Under the pieces are notes generated by a model that had not been told where the DNA came from, made no database searches, and was given only the letters and a program-made list of their open reading frames with translations. A stretch of DNA of 64,000 bases. Origin: the human T2T-CHM13v2.0 reference genome, Homo sapiens. How positions within the stretch are numbered: position 1 is the first letter of the stretch; each line of letters begins with the position of its first letter. Position numbers and translations under genes: made by a program. Shown piece after piece: positions 16,440-29,562 of the stretch. The stretch lies in the NCBI RefSeq assembly GCF_009914755.1, contig NC_060928.1. One strand, given 5' to 3'.

Positions 16440-16690
16440 AAGTAGTGGTTAAACTCTTTGAATCCCTTTAAGTAGACTGATGAAGTTGAAATCTCTGCTC
16501 CACCATTTCCTGTGTGACTTTGAGACATTTATTGAACCTCCCTGGGCCTCAGTTTCCTCTTTCTTTAAAATGGGTTAGTACTTCTCTCATGGGGTTTCTG
16601 AGAGGGCTGAATTCATTATATACTACATTCACTTAGAAAATACCTGGCCCAGAGTGAACACTTATTCGATGTTAGCTGCCATTATTATTA
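16440..16690. mobile_element. MIR
   Basis: TGTGTGACTTTGAGACATTTATTGAACCTCCCTGGGCCTCAGTTTCCTC...TAAAATGGG core. Confidence 0.75.
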
Positions 16691-18478
16691 GTTATTTATT
16701 TATCTCTGTGACCTCTTGTAAGCTTATTAAAGGAGCTGTGCAGAGTGAGACCATGAAACAGATTTTCTAGTGCAAACGGGGCTGCTCACAGGAGGCTCGT
16801 GGAGTCTGAGTTGCTGACCTTGGCCCCATTAGCACCGTTCTCTAACCAGCTCAGGCACGGGGCTGTAATGAGGATTATTGAAGTAACATATGGAAAACTC
16901 TTAGAGTTAGCTCTTGGGAAAGGAAAAAGGCACTAAATAAATACAAGGAATTATTAAAAACCGGGAGACGACCTCACAGGGATGCTGAGCCTTGTATGTT
17001 ATTTGCTATTCTAAGAAGAAACTGGGGCAAGAAGCCAACTTCATCACCAGGCGACAAAGTGGTCTCCTGGCTGCTGTTCAAGGGATGGCAGCATGCAGCA
17101 TCACCTCCAGGCCATCACAGCCTCTTCCTGGCTGCAGGAAGCTCAGCTTTCCCACGAAAAAGAAGGGCTGGGTCCTATGCCAGATGCTATGCCTGCTGCC
17201 TCCCATATCTCGTGCCCAAATACCCCTCCTTTGAGGAGAGCTGGGAGGTGATATTCTAAGTGAGAACCTACCAAGTAGAATATTGATGGTAAATTCCCTC
17301 TGGTACTAGTGCAGATGACTTCGGGGCCACCAGCAATCTGCTTCCACAGCAGGACTCCAGTCCCAGACTGGGCCAAGCTCGGGGCTTCGTTGCCAAGCCT
17401 TAACAAGTATGTGGAGAGCACACAGCTCTGTAATTCTGGAGATAACAGTCCATCAGTCTCTACTTACAACTTTACCACCCACCCCTGTGACATTCCTCTC
17501 TCCAGAACCAATCCTAACCCTCAAATGAAATATACTTAAAGTGGTCTCCAGGTATCACTTGTGAAATGGTGCACAGGAGGCATCCAAGAATGAATCAAGA
17601 TCTGGCCCACAGCCACCACACAGCTTGGGGCCTCTGGTTTCCCCGTGGTATCAGTGGCATAAGATTAATTTCTATGGCTCCAAGCAATGATTACAGAAAC
17701 ATCCTATTTCTCTTTGCTACAAAATAGAGAATATCTTAGCCATGATGTCTTACACTATAAAATCTTAGAAGATGAGGATAGTGTCTAAGTCTCATCACTC
17801 AAGAATATAGCACTTCATGACATGTACCTTTATTTATACTTTTCTGGTAACAATATAGTTTTAAAATACTCAAGGCCTTTCTAAATAATGGTATAAATAT
17901 GATATCTCAATCCTCAAAACTACCAACAAATTTAAGGTATTTATAACACATACAACCAATACTTATGCATAAATATTATAAAAACATGGCCTACCTCTCA
18001 ATGTGCATAGCAAAAATAGTTTGGAAAAGAAAAAACAGAAATAAAAATTCCACCACTCAAAATAAAAAATAGTTATCTTTCCTTCTTCAACCAGTTTCAA
18101 AGATGCTACATTAACCATCCACTATGAAAGGGATCAAACATTTCAGCAGCCTTTTAAACCTAGAAGAAGTCCTTAAAAATGTAAAGATTAGACAGTAGAA
18201 TATTTTCTCTGGCATTTAAGATTTTTGAAGGGTCTAGTTAGGATCTAGTAAGTTCTTCAGAAAGGTTAGGCTGACTATAAAGACAACACTGCAAAATTTA
18301 GAAGATTCTCTAGTTCACTTACTACAATGGACTGTGTTTTTTCTTAGAGATCAGGATTAATTATTAAAATATTTAAAGAAAAAGATGTTTCTAAGGCTGC
18401 TAGGAAGACAAATCATAACAGTAGATCCCAATAATAAGCCTATGTGTAAAACAGTCTCTTAAAAAAGAGGTGGCATGT

Positions 18479-18831
<353 letters not shown>

Positions 18832-20874
18832 TCAGAGCTCCCTTCATGTAATCACTCTATTACAGTGCACTCCTCAAGTTGAAAAGCTCCCATTTATTTA
18901 ACATTTTTTTAAAGAATTAAATATTTTCCTTATTTATCCAATTTGCAAACGTAAAGCAAGGCTGCATCATCTCTCCTTTTTCCGCATCCTTCTTTCCGTC
19001 CACTAAGGTAGTTCTCTGGGACTGTTGACAGCTTCTGAAGGTGATTTGATGTGAACTCCCCCCTGACTCCTGGTTTGTCTGCTTCTTATAAAGAGATAGT
19101 ATGCTCCAGAGAGCACCAGAGGCAGTTCTTACCCAGCAATCCCGGAAGCAATTTTCTTCTGCTTTTCTTACTCACCAGAGCCCTCCTGGAGGTTTCAAGC
19201 AAAGGAGCTGAGCAGTTTGCAGTAGCTACTAGATAGAGGTTCATAATGGAATAGCAGCTTCAGGTTTTTAATCCATCATTAGAAATAGTTGTTTTGCAAC
19301 TTGAGAGAGAAAAAGTAGAAATCTATGGCATAATGAAGGGGGAAAAATGGGTCATGTTACTGTAGAGATAGATGCAAATTCTATATTATGTCATAAGTGA
19401 AAGCTTTTTCGGTCCATATGGGTATAAATTAATAAGAGAGAATGCTGTCAGCGAAGAAAGTGTAAGTACTTTGTCTGGAGAGTAAGAGACCGGCCAGTTA
19501 GTCCTAATAAATCCGAGGGTTTGGGGAGCCTCTTTTGAGATAGGTGATGCATTGCGCATTATTAGAGAATCTCTTGGCATGAGTACTTTTGCACCAAGCA
19601 TCTGCTTTTAAGGTCTCTTCATGAATGTTCTTCTTATGTGCTGATATCTTTATGCTTACACAAACTTGGTGGAAGGCACTATTGTTGCATCATTAAATTA
19701 CCTCACTGTATTCTACAACTACCCTACCTAATATGCTCCAATCACTCTTACTGTATTTTGTTTTCTTCATAACATTTCCCTGTCTGAAATTATTTTATTC
19801 ATGTGGTATCATTTAAGTGCTTATTATCTCTCTCACCCTGCTCCCATCACCACTGGAGTAAAAGCTGTAAGTAGACACCTTGTCATCTTCTCCTGTATAT
19901 GCAAGTTTCCATTTTGTTTCATAATTAGCTTCTCTCTCCTCCCAGCAAGGTTTTCAAGATCCAACCCAAAGACTGCTTAAGGAGTGGAACTTAGACTTCT
20001 TTTACTTCTTCAAGAGTCACTTCATGGATAAAAAGCATCCTGTTCTTGGGACTTTGACTCAGCAGAGCCAAGAACTTTCCTATAAGCTATTGCTTGGTTG
20101 TTAAGGAAGCACAACAGAATACCAGCCTGACGTGTCACATTCTGCATGCGCTCATTTATAATACAGTGTGGTATTTTTCACCTCCTATCTGCAGCAAGAT
20201 GAGATAATCGCTGGCTGGTGTGAGTTTTTTTAGTATCTCTTTGCATCAATAGATCTAGTTTTCAGACTATATACTTAAGTTTATAAAACAATTGCTAACA
20301 TTTGTTTTCTTTAATCAGATTCAATTTGATTCTTATTAAGACCATGTTTTAGAAAGCCCCCAATGGCCCTCATAATAGTGGGAAGTTTTAGAAACAAAGG
20401 CCAATATTATGAACACATTAATATATAACCCAGGTGTCATGGAAGTGCTCTCAAATAGGAAACGTGGAAGACATTAGTTGCCTGCATCCCAAGTCAGAGA
20501 CTTATTTTCTTAATTTGCTTTCTGTGCCTCCACAATGGTCTTTTTCCTTAGCTTTGGAAAGAAATTATAACAGCCAGCTAACTTTATTGGGTAACATGCA
20601 TCAAGCCCCATAGCAGAGGTTAGATATGCATTACCTTGTTTGCATAACAACCTTATGAGGAAGGTACTAATAAAATATGGGTATAAAAGACCTCCATAGT
20701 TAAGGAATGAGGAAATAATAATGCAAGTCTCTTTTCCTACAACATAATGGTCCTAAAACGTATGTATTTCTTTGCATCTTTTAAAATGCAGCATAAATGG
20801 GGTATTCTAATATCATTTTGTTTTTCTTCAGGTTTCTCTTTTGTACATTTTAATAAGTTTAAAATATATAAAGT

Positions 20875-21270
<396 letters not shown>

Positions 21271-21389
21271 TCAGCCTCTGTCCCTCCTCTCAAGATAAGT
21301 TACAACCCTCCAAAAATATATTGTTCAGTGAAACCACGATGGTATAGAATAGAAGTCTACAGTTAGTCTACGATGTGTTGTTGACAGCT

Positions 21390-21720
21390 GCGTCTAACAT
21401 TCTTTTTAAAGATTGCATAGTATTTCATTATGCAGGATACCATAATGGCCGTTTCCTTTTTGATGGACATTTAGGCCAAGTTTTCCTTTGTGAAAAGTGC
21501 TGAAATGAACATTCTTGTCTTTCCTGTGTCTTTGTGTCCTTTTGTGAGTAAATTAAGCACAACTTCTTAGAAATGAAACTGCTGGGTCAATTGTATATGT
21601 ATCCTAAATTTTGTCAAATTCTTTTTTTAACAGCTTACACCAAATTATATTCCCACATTGGTTATAGCAATTTTCAATATTATGAGTTTTGGCTTGTATT
21701 TTAAATATCTTCATTTTCCT
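21390..21720 (-). mobile_element. Old L1M fragment
   Basis: TTGCATAGTATTTCATT...TGATGGACATTTAGG...GAAATGAAACTGCTGGGTCAA...ACACCAAATTATATTCCCAC resembles the reverse of the L1 ORF2 3' end. Confidence 0.7.
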
Positions 21721-22316
21721 TTTAGATGTTCACATAGCTCCCAACTGGAAAACTGTACCCATACCCTGCCACCATCTCCACCAAGAACCCTCTTGCCCTA
21801 TGCATATCATATGTGTATAACAGTATTACCAAGTATAATAGTACTTTCTGAATATCCCTTTCTTTCCTCCTTTATGTAAAATATGTACAATCTGATGATA
21901 TTATTTGCTAAATACATAAATGTATTTACAGATGGCTTTCTAAAGACTAAGTGATATAATCCAAACTTTAGAAAATCAGATTTTGCTCACAAGGGGTTTG
22001 GAAAGTGCCTTTTCAGGATCGTAATTAAACTTAGCTAATTGTAATTCCAAGATTGATGCAAGAAGGCAAAAGGTTCAAGAATGAAGTCAATTTTTCCTGA
22101 GGTTAGGACTAAATCTGTAAATTCTGGTTATATGAATCGCTAAAGAATTATTGCGCAGGGATCAATAAATCACTTCTAAAGCAGTGTTAGAAGGCTGTTC
22201 CACCTCCTCAGTATACTAGTTATTAGGCTCAAGAGTGTTGGGCAAACTGGTTCTTTTAGCTTTTAACATTGCAGTAAATGGCTTGGCAACAGATTTAACA
22301 TTTTCTTTGTAACATC

Positions 22317-22587
22317 CAAGGTTAGCTCTTTTTTTTTCCTTAAGATCTGGAATGTTCCCAACACAAAGAAATGATAAATGTTTGAGGTGAGGGACATTCC
22401 AGTCACTCTAACTGGATCACTACCTGTCACAAACATGCATCAAAGTAACACTTACACCCTAGAAGTGTGAACAGTCACCATGTATCAATTAAACAAACAA
22501 AAAAGCCCAGCCCGACCTTGGACCAATTAAAACAGAATCTCTGAAGATGGAACTCTTTTTTTTTCCCCCCCGCAAGGTTAGCTCTTT
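22317..22587 (-). mobile_element. TSD-flanked orphan retro-insertion containing an L1M 3' end and a MER5-like piece
   Basis: Exact 15-bp direct repeat CAAGGTTAGCTCTTT (22317-22331, 22573-22587) with a T9 run at the left end. The internal L1M 3' terminus (GAATGTTCCCAACACAAAGAAATGATAAATGTTTGAGGTGA) is on the + strand. Confidence 0.65.
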
Positions 22588-23436
22588 AGTCACTGGCCAG
22601 AAAACCTCTAATCCCAGCAGAATTTTAGAGCTATTAAGTACTTTAGTTCTTAGCCACTTAGAAATCACAATGACATAATGATGCTTTACAAGAAGAAGAG
22701 GTAGGGGAGGAGGGAAGAATTTCTACTCCTCCTCCTCAGTGACATGAGAGTAAAGAAGAAAAATGAGAGGTTATAACCATGAATATCTGCATGTTATGTT
22801 TACTTGAACAAAAATGCAAATTTTATCTCTTATTGAAAAGAATTGTTTTTGAACAAAAGTGAATAGCTAAAAATAGTGATTCTGTACAACCAACTGAGGG
22901 ACTGGTTTTCCTTTAGTTTTTTTGTATTTGTTTGTTTGCTTTGTTTTTGTTTTGGCTTCTCAACACTGAGCATAGCTGGTGGGGCAGAGGCAGATTCAAC
23001 ACTCCACACCCTCTCAGGAGGGTAGGCTCTGAGGGTTAAAATGTTGAGGGGCAGATGTCGCTTGTGAAGCGTCACATACCGCGTGACCATGGCAGAGAGT
23101 TCCTTGAGCAGTGAAAAGCACTTTCCTTTCCCAACAGATAGTCTTATGTGTGCACCAATCCCAAGCAGAAATCATGATTTTCTTTACTCTATAGGTGATA
23201 AGCATGAGATTCTTCCCCAAGAAGAATGCTGAAAAATCAGAAAGGATATAAAAATGGAGGAAGGGGTGGGATATTCAGGAAACTACCAAAATATGTACAT
23301 GTGAAAATAAATTTCATGAAACTGATTCTTTGGTTAAATAGCGTTTTAAAAATCTCTTCAAAGCTCTCAAATGGGCCTTTGAAAAATTAAATTACACCAC
23401 ATTGGATCTGAATTTAGCATGTAATTTTCTAACACA

Positions 23437-23511
23437 TTTTTATTTTTTTATTTTTTATATGTTTTTAATTATACTTTAAGTTCTAGGGTACATGTGCACA
23501 ACGTGCAGGTT
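23437..23511 (-). mobile_element. Extremely 5'-truncated L1PA 3' end
   Basis: T-rich tail plus TTATACTTTAAGTTCTAGGGTACATGTGCACAACGTGCAGGTT, the terminal ~45 nt of a young L1PA. Confidence 0.85.
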
Positions 23512-24667
23512 AACACAAACATTTTAAAGTTAGAGGTTCTACGTCAATGAAATAAGGCTAAAACATGAACCTTGGGAAGAAACATTGGAAACTTTAGTAC
23601 AAAGGAAGTTACGAATGAATATGATTAAGTTTAGAAAGCTTTCCTAGGAGAGGAAATGTGAGATGTTGATTCAGGTTTTCGTTCAAAGAATGAAAGCATT
23701 ATTTAAAATATATTTTGTGATGCAAACAGGGAAACATCATAGTATTTTTGTGTGTGTGTGCTGAATCTAAGCTCCATTTTACAGCTAGTGTGTCCCCAAT
23801 AAACCATCCTAATTAGAAAGCCCCTGGAAATCTCCAGCATTATCTTAATTAAATTAGCCTAATCTAATAAATGCATCATAATTAAGAGGACTGTGCCATT
23901 CTTTAGTGTTCAGCACACCAGGCATTAGATGATTTGTCCCACTTTCAGCCGTCAGTTGTCATGCTTGCTAAAAGAAAAGAAAAATGATAGCACCAGTCAT
24001 CGTAGTCCCTCAAGGAATCATCCATCTAGTTCTTGAATTTTCTTTACAACACCTCTGTCAATTATTTCTTCCTCTTCAGAGCATCTAGTGACAGGGAACT
24101 CACTAAGCCATTTTGATCTATTTCATCTTTGAACATATGGAATAATTTTAGCCATAAGAAACCTCAGGGAATTTTTTTTAATTCCTTCAACATAGACCTA
24201 ACATAGTACCCAGACAACTATTTTTACGTCCAATTTCAAACAACCTGGAAAAACAGCGGATCAGTGGAACACTAAAGGCTATAGGGAGACTATGATCATT
24301 CTTGCCCAAAGGAATTGCAAAAAGGCAGGTGTGTAAATAGTATTTACATATAGGATGGACCTCTCCACCTTTTTCTAGTACAGATTAATTTTTAATTTTC
24401 CCAACATCTATAAATTGCCAGAATGGTAAGGTAGTGGGGAAACACTTTCTCACAATGTACACAGACTTGAAAGCTGTTGACCTGTCCTCCTTATGACAGA
24501 CAGTTCTTGGCAACCCCAAGGAGAGATATGGCTGAGGCAGAAATCACATTATCTAGCTCTTCGGCTATACACATATTGGGCTCTGATAATTAGAACATTG
24601 ATCCACAAGACAACCTTTGAGTATGCTGTTCTTTTCCTTCACAGCAAACACGTATAGTCATTATCGT

Positions 24668-24960
24668 TTGCTTGTTTGTTTGTTTGTTTGTTTCTTTCTT
24701 TCTTTTTTGAGACAGAGTCTCATCTGGAGACTCCCAGGCTGGAGTGCAGCTCACTGCAACCTCTGCCTCCCGGGTTCACGCCATTCTCCTGCCTCAGCCT
24801 TCTGAGTAGCTGGGACTACAGGCACCCGCCACCATGCCCAGCTAATTTTTCGTATTTTTAGTAGAGACAGGGTTTCACCATGTTAGCCAGGATGGTCTCG
24901 ATCTCCTGACCTCATGATCCGCCCACCTCGACCTCCCAAAGTGCTGAGATTACAGGCATG
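24668..24960 (-). mobile_element. AluY-like SINE with (TTTG)n tail and internal deletion
   Basis: CCCGGGTTCACGCCATTCTCC and GTTAGCCAGGATGGTCTCGATC diagnostics. Confidence 0.9.
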
Positions 24961-24968
24961 AGATCAGT

Positions 24969-25082
24969 TATTTTTTTTTTAAGACACAGAGTCTCACTGT
25001 GTTGCCCAGGCTGGCTTCAAACTCCTGGGCTCAAGCAATCCTTCAACCTCAGCCTTCTAAGTAGCTGGGACTACACATGGCT
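24969..25082 (-). mobile_element. FLAM/AluJ monomer
   Basis: GTCTCACTGTGTTGCCCAGGCTGG...AACTCCTGGGCTCAAGCAATCC. Confidence 0.8.
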
Positions 25083-25963
25083 CATCAGTGATAATTTTAA
25101 ACACAAAAATACACATTTTTATTTGCTTATGCAAACAAAGGAACGATTATAATTTCCTGCAACTAGTAAATATCATATGCTAAATCCTTTTTTTCTAATT
25201 CCACCTCTTCCCCACCACACCATGTAATAGCTTTAGAGTTGTTTTTTTTGGGGAGGAGGGAAGGGGTGTTATGTGTATTTTTTTGTCTTTTGCCAAGTCT
25301 CTAAGTGCCTCTGAAGCCAATTTTTAAAAGTTGTGCATTGTGAGATCACAGTTGCTTTAGGGCATACAGGATATAAGCACAAAATGATGGACTGTAGCCA
25401 GGTAGTGAGGCTCTAATTGTGTCAGAAAGAAGAACATTTTCATCATGACATAACGAAAACTGTATTTTTCAAAGAAAAAGATCTAAATCTGTATCAAGTG
25501 ATAACATTAGTTTTCCTACTTTTAAAAACAAAATCTAGTCTATTATTAATAGAATGAAATGTCAGCCTTAGGCAATTTGCTGTGAAAAACCAACTGAAAT
25601 GAAACATGGCATTTTATTCGTTATTCAAATGGCCAAATAAAACAAGGTGTAATTAGTCCTGACTTCCTGTTCTTGCTCACACACCTGAGGCCCCTCCCCG
25701 CTCTGCTGCAGCTCTGCATACCCAGGCTCTCAGGGGAAGCAGTGGAGGCAGCCTTCTTGGACAACAGCTCACTTGTCTACACAGTCAAAAGTATGTATTT
25801 GATCAAAATGGTTGGGAGGAGGACAGGTGTTACTTAGAGAATTACCTGTGTAACTAGAACAAGAAAAGGAGGCAGCATTTGCAGAATGTTTGCAAATCTT
25901 TCAGGAACTTGATTCAAGGAGTGTGTCAGATGTTAAATCCAGGCATATATGTATATGGCTACT

Positions 25964-25983
25964 TGTGTGTGTGTGTGTGTGTA
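25964..25983. repeat. (TG)n microsatellite
   Basis: About 10 TG units. Confidence 0.9.
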
Positions 25984-28082
25984 ATAGTGTAATTTCACTT
26001 TTTTAAAAAATGAAGACATTCACAATTTTAGCCAGAATAGTTGGTGCAAGGTCCATAAGTGCTACCTGCTAAGAATATAATTCCTTCTACCTCTAATGTT
26101 TCATTATCAAATTAAAAGAGTTCTCTCCTCAGTGGATACTTCATTTATCATAGCTCTCCTTGGAAAGCTGACCTCTAAACATGAACTTCTAGAAGGAACA
26201 CAGAATAAGAACAAGGGAAAAGCATTCGGGAAGGAGGGTGGCTTTGAAAGGAGTTAGCTGGGAAAACCCTTGAAAAAGAAAGTGAATCCATTTCTGTACA
26301 TACAATTATTGACTGACGGGGCAGTTTACAGTTTTAAGTTCGTGTGCACTCATGCCCTGTTTGAGATGCCTGTTTTGTGGTTCCTCAGAGACCACACTAG
26401 CCACATTTGAACACCATTAGATTAGACTAGAGCCAGGACTCTGCAAAGGGAGGCTCTTCCTCAGCCTCTGACAGAATCACCACCAAATCTGGCTGTCCTC
26501 CTTGCCCTGAGCAATTGAACTTGGCTCTGTGGAGGGAGCCTCAACCAACTGAAGCATCATTTGGAGAACAGATGAAAAATAAAGAAGCGAAGCCTTTTGA
26601 ATTCTAAAGTTTTAGCTTTTTCCAAAAGTAAGGCATTTTCCTCTCATTCTCAATCTCTTCTTCCATTCAGTTTTCTCCTCCCATATTCTTAGTCGTGATT
26701 ACATAGATTAAGGCAAGGAACTGGGGGTTTCACTAATGAACTCGGGGAAATTTTGAGGGACATCTCCTGTCCTTTGACTTTGGGGAAAGTTCTTCCATTG
26801 CTAAGGAAAAAAGTTGTATTGGATGTAATTGTTTGTTAAATGCAAAGAACTAACTGCTGGGCATTCTAGGAGTCCGTACATGAACTGTTTTACGTGGGTT
26901 TCTGCAATTCCATAGAGTCGAAGACACCAATAGGAGCTGTGGCCCCTTTGCCTAGTTTGACTTTAGTCCTTTGGAGTTTCATAATTCTGAGGGGATCATT
27001 GTATTTCAGTGGACAGGTTCCAAATGCACAGAAGACTGACAGCATTGTCTGATAAAGCATCTCCCATTTTATCCCATTTGGAATGTAATCCAAGTTACAA
27101 CAATAGCTAATAATTACCTGCTGTAATTGTAGCAACAGAATAGCTGAATGTGCACCTCTAGCTGATTTATGTATGCAATTTCTCATTCTCAGCTCTCTAT
27201 AATCCATTCTCCACCCCCCCACCCCCCACCCCCAACGCTTTGGAGCCTTGAAAGCATTCAATACAAATTTTCACAATGTAGGTAACTTTGAAGTGTGGCT
27301 TGTCAGGTCATGCTGACTTATTTTTGTACTTGCATAGGGAATTGGTGAGGATGAATCTATTTTTTTAGCTAACAAGTGTAACTTGAGAATTTGTGAATGA
27401 GTGACAGATGGGGTGGGAACCTTTTTTTCCTTCACGTATTGTGAAATGTACTCCTGTCTACTCATGGGAATGAGTCACATTTGCAAAAAGCCATAATATT
27501 CATTAGTGCCAAAACGACATTTTTTAGTTGCTCTTGCAATGAGCTGTAAGTAGGACAACTGCCCATCCTAGTTTACCCGAAACAGTTATTATTTATTCCT
27601 ATAATTATCAATGGTTACCTATTTATTTCATCCTCAGAAATGTCCCGGCTTGGGCAATATATGTTTACCCTGCATATCCAGATTGTGGGGGGAAATCCAG
27701 TATTTTCATGTGCCATGCCCAAATGGCAGCTTATTTAAAAAAACAGAAAATTCTTGGAATTAACGGTCAAGGATACGTGAGAGATTAGAAATCAACATTT
27801 CACATTAATTCCTGTGTAAGAAAATTATACGTAAACATAGACTGTTAAAACAGGCATAGCAAATATGTTTCAACTCAGGGGCCAACACTAATTGGTTGGT
27901 AGTGGCTGCCCCTAGCATCACTGGAGAAGGACTCTGAAACCGAGTTGGGGATCAATGGGATATAGGGCTTGCCGTATTACTGATGTCTGCCATAAGCTCT
28001 GGAAAAGCTAGTTGTAAAATGTATGCTAGGTATTAAATGTCACCACCATAGAGCCAGATGAGGTTTTAGTGATAATCCAACC

Positions 28083-28370
28083 CAGTGTTTTCAAAATGTG
28101 TTCCCAGAACACTGATCCTTCAACATGATTCACAGAACACATGTTCCATGGTCCAGTAAGATTGAGAATGATGCCTGCCATATTTCTCTCTCAGAAATTC
28201 AGTGTATATTGGCACAGAGCTCTAAAAAGTTCTGTTTAACTTTCTGACAGATGTTTAACTTTGTTTAACCCAGTGCTTGGTAAACCTATTTGGCCACAGA
28301 AACCTTTTCAATGTTATCTGTCAACTTGCTACAGAACTAGTTTCTTGGTACACATTTGAGGAAACTCTAG
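28083..28370. mobile_element. hAT-Charlie-type DNA transposon relic (related copy at ~34905-35180)
   Basis: CAGTGTTTTCAAAATGTGTTCC terminus; the block TTGTTTAAC...AAACYTATTTGRCCA is shared by both loci. Confidence 0.5.
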
Positions 28371-28483
28371 TCTTAGCCCATTCCTTGCATTTCACGAATA
28401 AGGAAACTATAACCCCAAATGAGAGACTGACTGGACCACAGTCAACTTAGTTGATCTATGGACCAGGCAAAACTGGAACTCAG

Positions 28484-29091
28484 TGATATAAGAGTTAAGA
28501 AGAAATTATTTAGGCAGATAGTGAGGGTATAGGAGTCCTTGGTAAGGTTTTCCTTTTAATGAAAAGCAGCCCCAAAATTATACTAACGAGCAGCCTGTAA
28601 AATTGAGCTGCAGACACAGACAAGCAAGCGGGAAGCTTGCATGGGTGAATGCCAGCAGTTGTGCCAATAGGAACAGGCACCTGAGACTAGGCATGTTCAA
28701 AATGGCAGCTCCACCTTCCCTTTTCTTTGCCAGCCACATGTACAGTAAGGAGCAGATGACATGGGCTAGCCAAGTGGAAAGCCCATTTGCATAATAAGAT
28801 TAGGGTGGGGTGGCCAGCCTTCCCAAAACGTCACACCTGGTCCAACCAATCTGTGGGCCCTACGTAAATCGGACACCACCACCTCAAACCTGCCTATAAA
28901 ATCCAGTGCACTCCCATTCGGGAGCCCCTCTGTCTCAAAAAAAGAGAGAGAGCTGTTCTCCTTTATCTTTCTTTCGCCTATTAAACCTTTGCTTCTAAAC
29001 CCACTCCTTGTGTGTGTCCATGTCCTTCATCTTTTTGGTGCAAAACAACGACGAACCCCAGGTATTTACCCCAGACAATGAGGCTGCTTCA
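28484..29091 (+). mobile_element. ERV1 solo LTR, MER61 family
   Basis: TG...CA termini and a 4-bp TSD TCAG (28480-83, 29092-95). CCAAT at 28846, TATAAAA at 28895, ATTAAA at 28980. Sequence resembles the recalled MER61 consensus; inserted in a MIR. Confidence 0.85.
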
Positions 29092-29224
29092 TCAGAACTG
29101 CTGACTCCAAGTCCTAGGTCCTTTCCACTGCATCAACAATGAGGAAAATATTAGAAGCAATCTAAGATTTTAATAGCTTCTGGCAGCACAGATATTTAGT
29201 AGATTTCACTTATCTATTTTTATA

Positions 29225-29562
29225 GGTTTTGGTTTTTTGTTGGTGGTGGGTTTTTATTTGGTTTTTTTTTTTTTTTTTGTGATGAGATCTTGCTTTGTCA
29301 CTCAGGCTAGAGTGCAGTGGCACAATCATAGCTCACTGCTGCCTCGAATTCCTGGGCTCAAGTGATCCTCCCACCTCAGCCTCCTGAGTACCTGGGACTA
29401 CTGACACGTGCCACCATGCCCAGTTAGTTTTCAAATTTTTTTTGTAGAGACAGGGTCTTGTCATCTTGCCCAGACTGGTCTCTAACTCCTGGGCTGAAGT
29501 GATCCTTCCACCTTGGCCTCCTAAAGTGCTGGGATTATAGGCGTGAGCCACCATGCCCAGCC
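29225..29562 (-). mobile_element. AluJ SINE
   Basis: ATCATAGCTCACTGCTGCCTCGAATTCCTGGGCTCAAG (J diagnostics). Confidence 0.93.
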
